A stretch of 64,000 nucleotides of DNA, taken from assembly GCA_002269645.1 (NCBI GenBank), contig NIVC01000412.1:682001-746000 (forward strand), in the 5' to 3' direction. Positions 13,225 to 27,829 of this stretch are shown here, one piece after another. A program made the translations under genes and the position numbers. The stretch's first letter is position 1. Each line of letters starts with the position of its first letter. The stretch comes from Macrostomum lignano (lineage: Eukaryota). The notes under the pieces are model-generated. The model saw only the letters and a program-made list of their open reading frames with translations, did not search any database and had not been told where the DNA came from.

Positions 13225-13624
13225 TCTTCTTCTTCTTCTTCTTCGGGCGTGCTCGGGCCAGGGCCCATGGCACCGGGCGTCAGATGGCGCCCGCCTTCCC
13301 GAGGAAGTTCAACACCGCGACGCAGTTCTCGAAAACTGCCGCGGGCTCCGGGCTTGGCCCCCAGAGGCGGCAGCGGTGTGATGTCAGGGCGGGGCAGGAG
13401 ATCAGCAGATGGGCCGCCGTCTCCTCTCCATCGCCACAGAGGCGGCAGGTGGGGGCCACGTCAACGCCGATGGCGGCCTGGAAGCCCCGCAGGGCCGGGC
13501 AGCGGTCGGCGCGCAGCTGGCAGATCAGCCGCTCCTGCCGCCGCGTGAGGTCGCTTGTCGGCTGAGGCGGCAGGCGGCCCGCCGTGCAGGCAAGGTGCCA
13601 GGCAAGCGAGCTCGTGCTCGTCGT
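13225..13624 (-). mobile_element. 5'-truncated non-LTR retrotransposon (I-group-like 3' end) nested in the PLE
   Basis: Encodes LICQLR...CRLC....ETAAHLLISCP (CCHC knuckle), stop at 13280, short UTR, (GAA)n tail at about 13222-13244; 5-bp TSD AGACG at 13220-13224 and 13625-13629. Confidence 0.88.
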
Positions 13625-15198
13625 CGTCTCGTCGGGTAGAAGCCCAGCTCCGTCAGCATCTCGTACTTGATCGTGCGCAGGAACCGCCGATTGTAGCCCT
13701 GGTGTTGCACCAGACTTGAAAACAGCCCGGTGCACGCTGCGTCGAAATCGGCCATCAGGGAACACCGCCGGGCGTATCTGAGGAGCTGGGACTTCACCAC
13801 GCCCCGGAACGTCCGCTTCGGGTGGAAAGAGTCGCGGTGAATGAGCGTTCGGCTGTCGGTCGGCTTAAAATACACCTTAGTTGCCAGGCGCTTAACGTCA
13901 CCCTCGCGGTCCCAGAAGACGGTGGTATCCAGGAAGTTGACCTCGGTGCTGCTGTAGCTCAGCTGCAACCTGATGTTCGGGTCGAGGCCATCCAGGAGCT
14001 CGTGGAAGCGGACCAGCTCGTCTCTCGTTCCGTGCCAGACGCCGAAGATGTCGTCGATGTAGCGCAGCCACAGGGCGGGCTTCTGCGGGCTGAGCTCCAG
14101 GCCCCGCTGCTCCCAGTAGCCCATGTAGATGTTACTGTAGCTGGGCGCAAACGATTTTCCCATGGCCGTGCCTTTCACTTGCAGAAAAAATTTTCCATCG
14201 AACTCGAAGTCGTTGCGCTCCAGGTTCAGCTTGAGCAAACTGAGGAGGCTCGCGTCCGGGCGCCGGGCGTCCGGGTGCTCTCTGAAGGCCCTCTGTACGC
14301 ACTCGAGTCCGGCCGCGGTCGGGATGTTAGTGTAAAGGCTGGCGACGTCCATGGTGAACAGAAAGGTCTCGCCCCGCGCCGGGCAGGTGATGTCTCTGAT
14401 GGCCGCCTGGAAATGATTGGTATCCCTGATGAAGCTGGGCAGCTGGATGACGATCGGCTGCAGGAAGCTGTCGATGAAGCGGCCGCTGGCATATGATTCG
14501 CTGTCCACGTCAGACACGATGGGCCGGCCTGGCGGGATGTCGCCGAGCGGCCACGACTCGGCAGGCTTGTGAATCTTTGGCAGGATGTAAAAGCGTCGCG
14601 TCCGGAACTCCTCCTTCGGGCAGAAGGCGGTGAACTGGCGTTTGTCGATAAGCCTGCGGTCCAGTAGCGACTGGAAGACGGCGCGGATTCTCTGGGCCGT
14701 GAAGCGGTTGATCGGCTCGTTCAGAGGCCGGTAGAAGGCCGGGTCGTCCAGCTGACGCAGGCATTCACGGACATAGTCCTGCCGGTCCAGGATGACCAGC
14801 TGGCTGCCCTTGTCGGCCGGCTTGATGACGATGGACTTGTCTGCCCGTAGATCTCGCAGTGCCTTCGCCTCCGCCTGACTGATGTTAGGAGCGTTCCTGC
14901 AGTCCCGGATGTTCTCCCTGACGTCGTCCAGCTCCGCCAGAGCGGCTTGAATTTCGGGCCGGAGGCGGCTCGGATCGATGCTGGCCGTTGGGCGGCGGGG
15001 AAGCGGCGGACCGTCGTTCACCGTCAGTTCGCGCTTGAAGCCGCGAGCCGCCGACACGGCCAGACGCTCGCCAAAGTCGCGGACGCCGGACGCCAGTGAC
15101 TCCGCCGAGGTGCACCGAGGGGCCACTACGAAGGACTGGCCGCGCTCCAGCAGTTGCAGTTCAGTCGGTGCGAGAGCGCGGCTGGAGAGGTTCGTCAC
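13625..15198 (-). CDS. PLE reverse transcriptase (5' part of the interrupted ORF)
   Basis: Motifs NLS..L...E..LL, KPADKG, LPKIHK..GRPIVS, MDVASLYTNIP, GTAMG, WLRYIDDIF, FLD. Confidence 0.95.
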
Positions 15199-15427
15199 CC
15201 TTAGTTGGGGGGGCCCATGGCTCGCCCCCGGCCCGCTCAGTTTTTTGGAAGGTCGCCCACCGTCTCCAGGGTGACGGCGAACGCCCCATCAGCAGACTGT
15301 CGCTCCAGGCTGATCTGGTCCCGTCGGAATGTCAGGACCTTGGTGTCCAGCGAGATCAGGCTGACAGATCGGTAGCTGCTCAGGAGCTGGTTCGTCTTGC
15401 GACAGAAAAGAGCGGGTGAGAGTGATG

Positions 15428-15523
<96 letters not shown>

Positions 15524-16850
15524 CCACCGCCCCTCTAGATCGACCGACAAGCCGATCGATGGCACTGGAGCGCTGAACTTGGCCTATAGAAGGGTAGCTA
15601 AAGAAAGAATGAAACAAGCGACACACATGGGGGAAGTGTTGTATTTTCCCTATACTTTCAATTCTTTTTTGCAGGCTGGGTGAACTGCGTTCTATTTTTA
15701 TTCTGTTCTAAGAAATTGGAGATTTTCAACGTCGTTTGCTGAATAAATCGTCTTTACCTCACATTGCCAACTTTCTTTTTTCATATTTCCTTTCAAAGGC
15801 AATATTTACCTGGATATAGAATTCGTGAGAGTTTCATCGATCTCCTTGCCAGTTCATATCTGGTAATGAAATTGCACTGGCTTGTCCAGGTGTATTAATG
15901 AACCTGCAGTTTTCCAATAGGCACCGTGCCGCTTGTGAAACTGATTGCCTGTCACTGTCTGACACGGTCTGCTACTCTACACAGAGCAATGACGTTTCTA
16001 GTAAACACCAGAAGTAATGAACCGCTAAGTTGAAGATTCACTGATCACACCAATATTGCTTTCGTCTCAAACCGTAAACAATGATATTTGTACCCAGTAG
16101 CGTCGTCATGGATTTTATGGTGGGGGGACAAAGCCAAGAATTCTGCATGTACTGTAAATTATTTTCAGAATCAGTGTTGTCAGCGCTCATTTTAGCGCCG
16201 CAGGCACTATATTTTGTCACCCTGAAGTAAAATTATTGATTTTCATAACGGGCCATTGGGTGGGGGGGAGGACAAAGCATTGGCATGTCCCCCCACAACT
16301 TTTACTGGGGGGAAGGACATGTCCCCCCTGTCCCCCCCCGGTGGTGACGCCCCTTGTACCTTTTTACTCCGTTCATACGTGACTCCAATCGTGACTTCTT
16401 CGTGTTTCTCTAAGCACTCCGAAACTTTCCCATCACTCCAAAAAATAAACAAAAACCCCTTTAGTGCTTTCACCACTGCTCTCAATCTTCAACTGCGTGT
16501 ATTCCTACCTGTTTGAAACGTACTTGTCAGCAATGCGTCAAATCTCTCCATTCAGCTACGAACCTGATAATCAAGTGTGACAGGTACGAGCCTCGTACAA
16601 ATGCCAGACTGAATACTGCAGTGCTATTATTAAACAGGAACTGCGCAGGCGCTTTTTATTGTTCTCTCGGGCCAACAGTCGGAACAACTGCCTGCTCCAC
16701 TGCAGCCCTGCCAAGAGAATTTTTATCAACTGAGCGCCCTTGCAACGGAGCCTTTTGTCATTTTGTGTCTCTGCCATGATTGGAAAGCCATCGCGACACT
16801 GGCATTGTGGGCGTTTTTTTTAAATTACCGCGATTTCTATAATAAGCTCA

Positions 16851-18275
<1,425 letters not shown>

Positions 18276-18609
18276 ACTGTCTAAAAGTTTCACTACATAG
18301 CATAAAAGACTTGATTTGGTCCTGAACCCGTGTTTGAAGTCCGCCACATCTAGCAGGCACTTATTTCACTCAATTACCTATAGCAGCCGCAGTGTAGTGG
18401 ACTGCGGACTGAAGGTCAGGTGCGCCCGCCCATCTGCGTAATTGGTTTTGTCAGCTCCATGGGATTTTGGCTTGAAGTTATTGGGGAAAATTTCTGTCTG
18501 TCACACGGGGCCTAGCAGGGGAGACAGCTAGATGCAATCCGCCCTACCGAATTCCTCTGCAAGGTCGAGTAAAGCTATTTTTAAGTGGCCCCTTCAGTCT
18601 GCCTATGGT

Positions 18610-18810
18610 ATGGTAAATCCAGCTGTATCTAATGGTAAATCCAGCTGTATCTAATGGTAAATCCAGCTGTATCTAATGGTAAATCCAGCTGTATCTAATG
18701 GGGTAAATCCAGCTTTATTTAATGGTAAATCCAGCTGTAACTAATATATCTAATATAATCTAATCTAATATATCTAATATCTATTAATGGTAATCCAGCT
18801 GTAATCCAGC
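18610..18810. repeat. 22-bp short tandem array, decaying
   Basis: Unit TGGTAAATCCAGCTGTATCTAA. Confidence 0.85.
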
Positions 18811-19456
18811 TTGTATCTTGTATATTAATTTATTTTTTATAATTCCCACTGGCGTCTGGGGCGTATGGAATTTTAGCCCAGCAACCCCTTATTCAGTCCT
18901 CTCATAGCCACAGAGAGCTTTACTTGATGCAGTCCAGGGCAGCTGATCTCGAACCTGAGATGGAGGATGGGCGATCAAATTCGAGTCGGAGTTTTATGGT
19001 TCGTTCGGCCAATTCTTCCGCGCGCTTCAAGGACAACTAAATAGAGTCTGGATTCGGAAACTCAGGGATAGATTTGGTAGAAAAAATGGCTTCGGTCAAG
19101 ACGGTTTCCAATCCAGACAGCTCGTATATGAAGAAATCCATGTCCGCCTCATCGGAAATTCCCCGCGGAATAGGAGTAAGATCGGGAGGAGAGAGCGGTG
19201 CAGTTCGTGCATCTCTGGGGCGCCTATTTTATGGTCATAAAAACTCGAAACGTTAGATTGGCCTCGGAAAATTGACTAAGGGTTAGACTCGGGACCCACT
19301 GCTGGTTACGAAGCTGTTTTGGTGTCAAGGAGAGAGAAGGCCAGGGGTCTCCTGCAATCGCTCCTCATAAAAAACTGAATTAAAGATATAATCAAGCTTG
19401 ATGAATGACATGAGCTAGATTTTTTACCTGTTGTATGTGGAATCTACCGACCTATG

Positions 19457-20792
19457 AGACAGGGGCGACCACAAAAAGACACTGGCGACCACCAAAAGAC
19501 ACTGGCGACCACCAAAAGACAGGGGCGACCATCAAGAGACACTGGCGACATCAAGAGACACTGGCGACACCAAGAGACACTGGCGACCACCAAGAAACAC
19601 GGGCGCCTACCAAGAGACACTGGCGACCACCAAGAGACACTGGCGACCACCAGAAGACACTTGTGACCACCAAGAGACACTGGCGACCACCAAGAGACAC
19701 TGGCGACATCAATAGACACTTGTGAACACCAAGAGACAGTAGCGACCACCAAGAGACACTGGCGACCACCAAGAGACACTGGCGACCACCAAAAGACACT
19801 GGCGACCACCAAGAGACACGGGCGCCTACCTAGAGACACTGGCGACCACCAAGAGACACTGGCGACATCAATAGACACTTGTGACCACCAAGAGACAGTA
19901 GCGACCACAAGAGACACTGGCGACCACCAAAAGACACTTGTGACCACCAAGAGACACTGGCGACCACCAAGAGACAATGGCGACCACCAAGAGACAATGG
20001 CGACCACTAAAAGACACTAGCGACCACCAAGAGACACTGGCGGCCACCAAGAGATACTGGGGACCACCAAAAGACACTGGCGATCACCAAGAGACACTGG
20101 CGACCACCAAAAGACACTGGTGACCACCAGAAGACACTTGTGACCACCAAGAGACACTGGCGACCACCAAGAGACACTGGCGACCACCAAAAGACAGGGG
20201 CGACCATCAAGAGACACTGGCGACATCAAGAGACACTGGCGACACCAAGAGACACTGGCGACCACCAAGAAACACGGGCGCCTACCAAGAGACACTGGCG
20301 ACCACCAAGAGACACTGGCGACCACCAGAAGACACTTGTGACCACCAAGAGACACTGGCGACCACCAAGAGACACTGGCGACATCAATAGACACTTGTGA
20401 ACACCAAGAGACAGTAGCGACCACCAAGAGACACTGGCGACCACCAAGAGACACTGGCGACCACCAAAAGACACTGGCGACCACCAAAAGACACTGGCGA
20501 CCACCAAGAGACACTGGCGACCACCAAGAGACACTGGCGACCACCAGAAGACAGGGGCGACCATCAAGAGACACTGGCGACATCAAGAGACACTGGCGAC
20601 ACCAAGAGACACTGGCGACCACAAAAAGACACTGGCGACCACCAAAAGACACTGGCGACCACCAAAAGACACTGGCGACCACCAAGAGACACTGGCGACC
20701 ACCAAGAGACACTGGCGACCACCAGAAGACAGGGGCGACCACCAAGAGACAGGGGCGACCACCAGAAGACAGGGGCGACCACCAAGAGACAG
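19457..20792. repeat. 20-bp minisatellite with higher-order block duplication
   Basis: Unit ACCAAGAGACACTGGCGACC; the variant block at about 19520 recurs at about 20195. Confidence 0.96.
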
Positions 20793-21759
20793 GGGATGCC
20801 CCTCTCCAGAAAATGAAAAAACGAAAAAACGAAAAGCGATTCAACAAGTCTGATACTCGTAGAAGCAACAGAGGGAGAGGAAGGCGGTTTTAGAAATTCC
20901 CGCATTCAAATGCGCCGGCATGGGCAATCTACCAAGAAGTGCTCTCGAGCTGCCTCGATCAATTGTCCCAGAATTTCTTTTTTCACCTGCATCACCTGCA
21001 GGCCATTGTGATGAGTGATGGACCTTTCAAATGGGGCGTTTCTGAGTTCAGACTCTTAGGGAGACTAAAAATAGATCCCCTAAAGCTGAGAAGCTGAGAA
21101 GAAAGAGCTGAGACGGGCTTTGATGCATGCACCTCAGCAACCAAGACGCTGAGCCCACAAGCAGCAGCTGAAAACTGCTTTCGACCCTGCGCTTCCACTG
21201 GCCTCTCCCTCTCTTCTTCTCTCTCCATCCTTCTTTTCTGCCTTTTTTGAGCTGCAAGGCGTGTTAGTTCTTAGTAGGAGACGCCGACTGTTTCATAAAT
21301 AATTCATTGAGCACCTTGCCGTAGCAGAGGCAGAAGCGGCAGAGGCGATGTTCCCGCGACAAGGCTCCGTCTTCTGCGCGTGTTCTTAGCCTCTTCGGGC
21401 TAAAAGAAGGCGGCGGCAGCCACTGATCGCTTTTCTGCATGGTCTCTCTTTGCCTTTTCTGCTAGCTCGGCCGCAGGTGGGCAGCCGCGCCCTTTCAACC
21501 GAGAATCGCCAACATCCAGCATTCATTCATCTTTCTTCTCCGCCAAGCCCGTAATGGATTCTGTCCCCGCCCCCTGTGCAGGGAGCCAGGGAGAGAAGGA
21601 TATTTCAGTTTCAAGTGTCTATCCATCTTTCTGTTTGGCAGAGCAGTGCCTCTGCTCAGGGTTGATCGAGAATATTAGAGTTCAATGAAATTCGGTTCCG
21701 TGTGTGTTAGAAATTATTGAATCAGGTGATTGATTGCGGACTGGGCCTGCTAGTTGGTC

Positions 21760-22545
21760 AGACCTGTTAGACACGGGATGGTCAGTGCCCTAGACCTGTT
21801 AGACACGGATGGTCAGTGCCCTAGACCTGTTAGACACGGGATGGTCAGTGCCCTAGACCTGTTAGACACGGGATGTTCAGTGCCCTAGACCTGTTAGACA
21901 CGGGATGGTCAGTGCCCTAGACCTGTTAGACACGGGATGTTCAGTGCCCTAGACCTGTTAGACACGGGATGGTCAGTGCCCTAGACCTGTTAGACACGGG
22001 ATGGTCAGTGCCCTAGACCTGTTAGACACGAGATGGTCAGTGCCCTAGACCTGTTAGACACGGGATGGTCAGTGCCCTAGACCTGTTAGACACGAGATGG
22101 TCAGTGCCCTAGACCTGTTAGACACACCATGGTCAGTGCCCTAGACCTGTTAGACACGGGATGGTCAGTGCCCTAGACCTGTTAGACACGGGATGGTCAG
22201 TACCCTAGACCTGTTAGACACGGGATGGTCAGTGCCCTAGACCTGTTAGACACGCCATGGTCAGGGCCCTAGACCTGTTAGAAACGGGATGGTCAGTGCC
22301 CTAGACCTGTTAGACACACCATGGTCAGTGCCCTAGACCTGTTAGACACGGGATGGTCAGGGCCCTAGACCTGTTAGACACGGGATGGTCAGTACCCTAG
22401 ACCTGTTAGACACGGGATGGTCAGTGCCCTAGACCTGTTAGACACGCCATGGTCAGGGCCCTAGACCTGTTAGACACGGGATGGTCAGTGCCCTAGACCT
22501 GTTAGACACGCCATGGTCAGGGCCCTAGACCTGTTAGACACGGTC
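21760..22545. repeat. 32-bp minisatellite, about 24 copies
   Basis: Unit CTAGACCTGTTAGACACGGGATGGTCAGTGCC. Confidence 0.96.
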
Positions 22546-23045
22546 TCATAATGGATAATGGACCTAGACCTGTTGGATGAGTTTATTTGTCGTAGTCTCA
22601 ATACTGTTAGACATAGTTACACACAATATTAATGGATGATTTGCCCGAAGAATGGCAAAGAAGAGGATTTTAAGTTCATGCCTATAATTGGAAATGAAAT
22701 TCTTTTATAAAAGGAATTTCTGTGTACTATAATATAATCTAAGATATTTGTAATTTTTCAGTCGTTTGTCTCTCAATAATGGTTTGGTGAAATACTTGAG
22801 TATTTTGAGGCCCTTAAAAGCCTGAGTAGCAAGTCTAGCCTGTTTGCCTAGTGTGATGTTTAAAACATCAAATGATTAATTTCAAAGGAATTAAAGCTCG
22901 TCAAAAAGACTCCAGCAAGATGAGAGATGAGAGATGAGAGCCATATATAGGAAATGAAATTTGAGCACGATTTTAGAGGCATTTTAAGGAATCGAGGATT
23001 CGCATAGCTAGAATTCCTCTTTGAAGCCAGGAGAACAACTGCAAG

Positions 23046-26000
23046 CGTGAGAGGGTGAGATGGGAGACGGGCATCAGGGGGAGAGGGAGAGGGGAGAGAG
23101 GGGGAGGGAGAAGGGAAAGAGGGGGAGGGAGAAGGGAGAGAGGGGGAGGGAGAAGGGAGAGAGGGGAAAACGGAGAGGGGAGGGAAAAGAGAGAGAGAGG
23201 GGAGAAGGGAGAGAGGGGAGAGAGAAGGGAGAGAGGAGGAGGGAGAAGGGAGAGAGGGGAGAGAGAAGGGAGAGAGGAGGAGGGAGAAGGGAGACAGGGG
23301 AGAGAGAAGGGAGAGGGGAGAGAGAAGGGAGAGGGGGAGAGAGAAGGGAGAGAGGGGGTGGGAGAAGGGAGAGAGGGGGAGGGAGAAGGGAGAGAGGGTG
23401 AGAGAGAAGGGAGATAGGGGGAGGGAGAAGGGAGAGAGGGGAGGGAGAAGGGAGAGAGGGGGAGGGAGAGGAGAGGGGGAGGGAGAAGGGAGAGAGGGGA
23501 GGGAGAGGAGAGGGGGAGGGAGAAGGGAGAGAGGGTGAGAGAGAAGGGAGATAGGGGGAGAGAGAAGGGAGAGGGGGAGAGAGAAGGGAGAGGGGGAAAG
23601 AGAAGGGAGAGAGGGGGTGGGAGAAGGGAGAGAGGGGGAGGGAGAAGGGAGAGAGGGTGAGAGAGAAGGGAGATAGGGGGAGGGAGAAGGGAGAGAGGGG
23701 GAGGGAGAAGGGAGAGAGGGGAGGGAGAAGGGAGAGAGGGGGAGGGAGAAGGGAGAGAGGGGGAGGGAGAAGGGAGAGAGGGTGAGAGAGAAGGGAGATA
23801 GGGGAGGAGAAGGGAGAGAGGGGAGGGAGAGGAGAGAGGGGGAGGGAGAAGGGAGAGAGGGGAGGGAGAGGAGAGAGGGGGAGGGAGAAGGGAGAGAGGG
23901 TGAGAGAGAAGGGAGATAGGGGGAGGGAGAAGGGAGAGAGGGGGAGGGAGAAGGGAGAGAGGGGGAGGGAGAAGGGAGAGAGGGGGAAAACGGAGAGGGG
24001 AGGGAAAAGAGAGAGAGAGGGGAGAAGGGAGAGAGGGGAGAGAGAAGGGAGAGAGGAGGAGGGAGAAGGGAGAGAGGGGAGAGAGAAGGGAGAGAGGAGG
24101 AGGGAGAAGGGAGACAGGGGAGAGAGAAGGGAGAGGGGGAGAGAGAAGGGAGAGGGGGAGAGAGAAGGAGAGAGGGGGTGGGAGAAGGGAGAGAGGGGGA
24201 GGGAGAAGGGAGAGAGGTGAGAGAGAAGGGAGATAGGGGAGGGAGAAGGGAGAGAGGGGGAGGGAGAAGGAGAGAGGGGGAGGGAGAGGAGAGAGGGGAG
24301 GAGAAGGGAGAGAGGGGAGGGAGAGGAGAGAGGGGGAGGGAGAAGGGAGAGAGGGTGAGAGAGAAGGGAGATAGGGGAGAGAGAAGGGAGAGGGGAGAGA
24401 GAAGGGAGAGGGGGAAAGAGAAGGGAGAGAGGGGGTGGGAGAAGGGAGAGAGGGGAGGGAGAAGGGAGAGAGGGTGAGAGAGAAGGGAGATAGGGGAGGG
24501 AGAAGGGAGAGAGGGGAGGGAGAAGGGAGAGAGGGGGAGGGAGAAGGGAGAGAGGGGGTGGGAGAAGGAGAGAGGGGGAGGAGAAGGGAGAGAGGGTGAG
24601 AGAGAAGGGAGATAGGGGGAGGGAGAAGGGAGAGAGGGGGAGGGAGAGGAGAGAGGGGAGGGAGAAGGGAGAGAGGGGGAGGGAGAGGAGAGAGGGGAGG
24701 GAGAAGGGAGAGAGGGTGAGAGAGAAGGGAGATAGGGGGAGGGAGAAGGGAGAGAGCGGGAGGGAGAAGGGAGAGAGGGGAGAGAGAAGGGAGAGAGGAG
24801 GAGGGAGAAGGGAGAGAGGGGAGAGAGAAGGGAGAGGGGAGAGAGAAGGGAGAGAGGGCGAGGGAGAAGGAGAGAGGGGGAGGGAGAAGGGAGAGAGGGT
24901 GAGAGAGAAGGGAGATAGGGGGGGGAGAAGGGAGAGAGGGGAGAGAGAAGGGAGAGAGGGCGAGGGGGAAGGGAGAGAGGGGGAGGGAGAAGGAGAGAGG
25001 GCGAGGGAGAAGGGAGAGAGGGGAGGGAGAAGGGAGAGAGGGGGGGGAGAAGGGAGAGAGGGGGAGGGAGAAGGGAGAGAGGGAGGGAGAAGGGAGAGAG
25101 GGGAGGGAGAAGGGAGAGAGGGCGAGGGGAAGGGAGAGAGGGGGAGGGAGAAGGGAGAGAGGGGGAGGGAGAAGGGAGAGAGGGGAGGGAGAAGGGAGAG
25201 AGGGGGAGGGAGAAGGGAGAGAGGGCGAGGGGAAGGGAGAGAGGGCGAGGGGGAAGGGAGAGAGGGAGGGGAAGGGAGAGAGGGGAGGGGGAAGGGAGAG
25301 AGGGGAGGGGAAGGGAGAGAGGGGAGGAGAAGGGAGAGAGGGGAGGGGAGAAGGGAGAGAGGGCGAGGGGAGGGAGAGAGGGGGAGGGAGAAGGGAGAGA
25401 GGGTGAGAGAGAAGGGAGATAGGGGGAGGGGGAAGGGAGAGAGGGGGAGGGAGAAGGGAGAGAGGGTGAGAGAGAAGGGAGATAGGGGGAGGGAGAAGGG
25501 AGAGAGGGGGAGAGAGAAGGGAGAGAGGGCGAGGGGGAAGGGAGAGAGGGGGAGGGAGAAGGGAAAGAGGGTGAGGGAGAAGGGAGAGAGGGGGAGAGAG
25601 AAAGGAGAGGGGGATCAGGGATAGAGGAGTGGTGTTGTAGGATTGAGGCTTATGATATTTGAGAATAAAAGTCACGAACCAAGTCGACACGCACATGCAG
25701 ATGAGAGCTAATTTAAGAGAAAATTTCTTTTAACGTCAGAACCCAACAAACCACGAAAATAACGCTACCGGTATCTGTGAGAAGCCTGTGAGAAGTTTAG
25801 GTGTTATAAATGTTAAGCGAGGCAGGTGCCGATGTTACTACTAATCAGTGTTTAATTCAGCAGGCAAGGAGTTTTTTATGCGCAAATAATAAATACAGCA
25901 TGAAATCTTGAAGTGTTTCAGGTTAGCGTTTGGGTTATATCGACAGCAGTTTGTGACATTCAATAGTGTTATGTTGTTGTTCTCTTCTCTTTTATTCCCT

Positions 26001-26630
26001 CTCCTGTCCATGCAGTTTCTCTTGTCTCTGCTCTCTTCCCTCTCCTCTCTCGCCTCCTCATAAGCCTCAATCCTACAACACCACTCCTCTCTCCCTGATC
26101 CCCCTCTCCGTTCTCCCTCTCTCTCCTCTCCTCTCTCCTCTCCTCCTCTCCTCTCCTCTCTCTCCTCTCCTTCTCCTCTCCTCTCCTCCCCCTCTCTCTC
26201 CTCTCCCTCCCCCTCTCTCCCTTCTCCCTCCCCCTCTCTCCCTTCTCCCTCCCCCTCTCTCCCATCCCCCTCGCCCTCTCTCCCTTCTCTCTCCCCCTCT
26301 CTCCCTTCTCCCTCCCCCTCTCTCCCTTCTCTCTCCCCCTCTCTCCCTTCTCCCTCCCCCTATCTCCCTTCTCTCTCACCCTCTCTCCCTTCTCCCGTCC
26401 CCTCTCTCCCTTCTCCCTCGCCCTCTCTCCCTTCTCTCTCCCCCTCTCCCTTCTCTCTCCCCTCTCTCCCTTCTCTCTCCCCTCTCTCCCTTCTCCCTCC
26501 TCCTCTCTCCCTTCTCCCTCCTCCTCTCTCCTCTCCCTCCCCCTCTCTCCCTTCTCCCCTCTCTCTCTCTTTTCCCTCCCCTCTCCGTTTTCCCCCTCTC
26601 TCCGTCTCCGTCCCCCTCTCTCCCCTCTAC
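23046..26630. repeat. Large inverted repeat: GA-rich arm (23046-25655), about 400-bp spacer, CT-rich arm (26058-26630)
   Basis: The unique inner segment of about 55 bp (GGGGGATCAGGG...GCTTATGA) recurs inverted at 26058 onward; the outer motif GGGGAAAACGGAGAGGGGAGGGAAAAG is also mirrored. Confidence 0.88.
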
Positions 26631-27829
26631 TGGCCCAGTGTCAAAGTAAAGTAAAAGATTCTGTAAATATTTATGTAACAGCACAAGCGCTTTCACTCGC
26701 GTTTTCCCATTGCAAACTACGGACCAAGCCGAAATGATGGCACCATCACACAGAGACATGATAACAATCTGTACTTAGTAAAAGTCCCATTTGTAAAGCC
26801 TGCAGTGCAGCAGTTGGTTAGATATGTACGAAGTATGTGTATATTAGTGAGTGCGGCACTCATTTGTGGTGATGGACAAGATAGATGCGATAGACAGCCA
26901 AAGCCTTCATCGAATAACGCCAAGCACAAGCAACTCCCGGTCCCACCTCATGATGACAAGTCGAGCCTTCGACGCTCTCTCTCTCTCTCTCTCGCCCACG
27001 CACAGATTCAAGTTGCCAGTTCTTCTAGCTGGTCCACGTGTATAAAGCTATGATCAATATCGTCTCCGTGGCCAATTGCCTTTAATTTTCTCCCTTCAAT
27101 CGAAAGTCTGGACGAGTCTTGAAGCATCTATTTACAGTATCATCTCTATTGTTTGATTGGATTGATTTTTCAAACGCAGACATGTGAGCCGAGATTATCC
27201 ACCGATAATCTTTAAAGAATTAATCTAATTATTATAGCCAAAGAAATTAAATTTGTTACAATTAAAGGTCACTCGGCAGCTCCTAAAGTCCCATCAAACA
27301 ACTTTTTAGCCTCTTTGGCTACAAATTACAATAATATCATAACTTTTTATAACTTTTAAACTGTAAGCTAACTCTTACTGACAGACTACTCATCAGTACT
27401 ACATGTATGAATATGTGACTACTGACAAAATATTGTCTGTCGTTTGTATCTTGATTTCTAGTAAAAAATCTGAAATATAATACAACTGAAGCAAATTTAA
27501 AAAAATTTAAAGTTTTATTTATGTATGTTCAATTAAAAAATATATATTCAACAAATAGATGTAGCAATTAAAAATGGGAATTAAAATCTTAGAAAAACAA
27601 CTAGCTAGCCACTACTGAAAAGCTGTTTGGCAAAGCTGTTTGGTATATACTCGTAGATTTACTGCAGCTAAAAGTAAATCGATATAACCAATCTAAATCT
27701 AATCTAATCTGTTTAGAATCTATAAATCTAAACACAATGTGTTTATGAGAAAACTGCACATGTACTTTCATCGTAGACGCATGAATCGTTAGTACTCGTA
27801 AATAGTAGATGTACTATTAATAATTTTCC

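Larger units (their letters stand above)
11779..15518 (-). mobile_element. Penelope-like retroelement (PLE) with C-terminal GIY-YIG endonuclease; Neptune/Naiad-like linker
   Basis: RT and GIY-YIG ORFs; CX5CxxC linker; bounded by a direct repeat of about 40 bp plus (GA)n at 11779-11877 and 15400-15518; hammerhead in the 3' region. Confidence 0.9.

Noticed and set aside
19457-22545. Regular arrays that might suggest CRISPR
   Set aside because: Units are head-to-tail with no unique spacers, there are no cas genes, and the context is eukaryotic.
22973-25696. 907-aa ORF and other long periodic ORFs (e.g. 1792-2931, 3574-4281, 16939-17589, 17717-18325, 29869-30876)
   Set aside because: They are translations of tandem repeats that lack stop codons, are open in several frames and on both strands, and show no domain content.
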